From: Raja brachyura
Lineage: Eukaryota
DNA: 64,000 nt
Assembly: GCA_963514005.1 (NCBI GenBank)
Contig: OY740812.1
Span: 11,718,001-11,782,000 of the forward strand
Direction: 5' to 3'
The notes beneath the pieces are model-generated. The model searched no databases. It saw only the letters and a program-made list of their open reading frames with translations, and was not told the origin of the DNA. A program made the position numbers and the translations under genes. Shown piece after piece: positions 63,340 to 64,000 of this stretch. Every line of letters starts with the position of its first letter. Position 1 is the first letter of the stretch.

Positions 63340-63700
63340 AAGTTATAGGACCATAATTAGACCATTCAGTCCATTATATCTACTCCTCCATACATTCATG
63401 GCTGATGTATCTTTCCCTCTCAACCCCTTTCTCCTGCCTTCTCCCCATAAGAATCTATCAATCCCTGCCTTAAAAAATATCCATTGTCTTGGCCTCCACA
63501 GTCTTTTGTGGAAATGAATTCCACTGATTCACCACCATTTGACTAAAGAAATTCCTCCTCATACCTCTTTCTAAAGGTATGTCTTTATATTCTGCAGCTA
63601 TGGCCTCTGGTCCAAAACTCTCGCACTAGTGGAAACATCCTCTCCACATCCACTCTATCCAGGCCTTTCACTATTCGGTAAGTTTCAATGAGGTCCCCCA
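63340..63700 (-). mobile_element. CR1 3' fragment
   Basis: Reverse complement of the CR1 coding end (RGH...FFSQ.VVN.WNS) and 3' UTR. Confidence 0.7.
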
Positions 63701-63889
63701 TTGTAATACGATAATACTTCACATTTACATTTAAAGAGGCTAAAAGAAGAATTAATGCATATTTGAGTCAATTAAATTGCTGTCAAGCTAGCAGCCGAAT
63801 GCATTTATCATCGAGAATGGCCATACCTTGATGTTTTTTATCTAGCCTTATAGAATTTAAAGAACTTAAATTCAGTAATTATTGCCAAG

Positions 63890-64000
63890 CCCTTAATAAG
63901 ATGATTAGTAACATGGTTAATGTTAGGTCGGGTCGAAGGGAGTTCCCCCCGCCATGGGTACCATGTAATCCCGTGTTACCTGCTCCATGGTCAGATAGTC
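63890..64000 (+). mobile_element. Second copy of the RTE-like structured repeat, cut by the window end
   Basis: Colinear with 21241-21351 with few substitutions. Confidence 0.75.

Overview
Repeat-dominated vertebrate DNA. The repeat repertoire (tRNA-derived V-SINE/HE1-like SINEs, CR1, Rex1, Penelope, L1, Tc1, Harbinger and hAT-like MITEs) suggests a cartilaginous fish, probably a skate or ray; this is inference. The only host-gene signal is a CpG-island, CCAAT-rich promoter with a first exon (~45.6-46.3 kb, + strand) ending in a GT donor at 46291; no second exon was recognised downstream. Almost all listed ORFs are spurious or transposon-derived. Highlights: (1) a complete hammerhead-ribozyme core in non-circularly permuted, pseudoknotted order in the 3' UTR of a HERO-clade retrotransposon (28005-28117); (2) more than ten dispersed minimal hammerhead motifs from Penelope-like repeats; (3) two inverted copies of a ~2-2.5 kb cargo-carrying DNA transposon with 5-bp TSDs; (4) a full-length L1, a decayed and internally deleted Gypsy element, and several nested insertions with readable TSDs. 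Boundaries without a stated TSD or TIR are approximate. Family assignments come from recalled motifs, not database searches.
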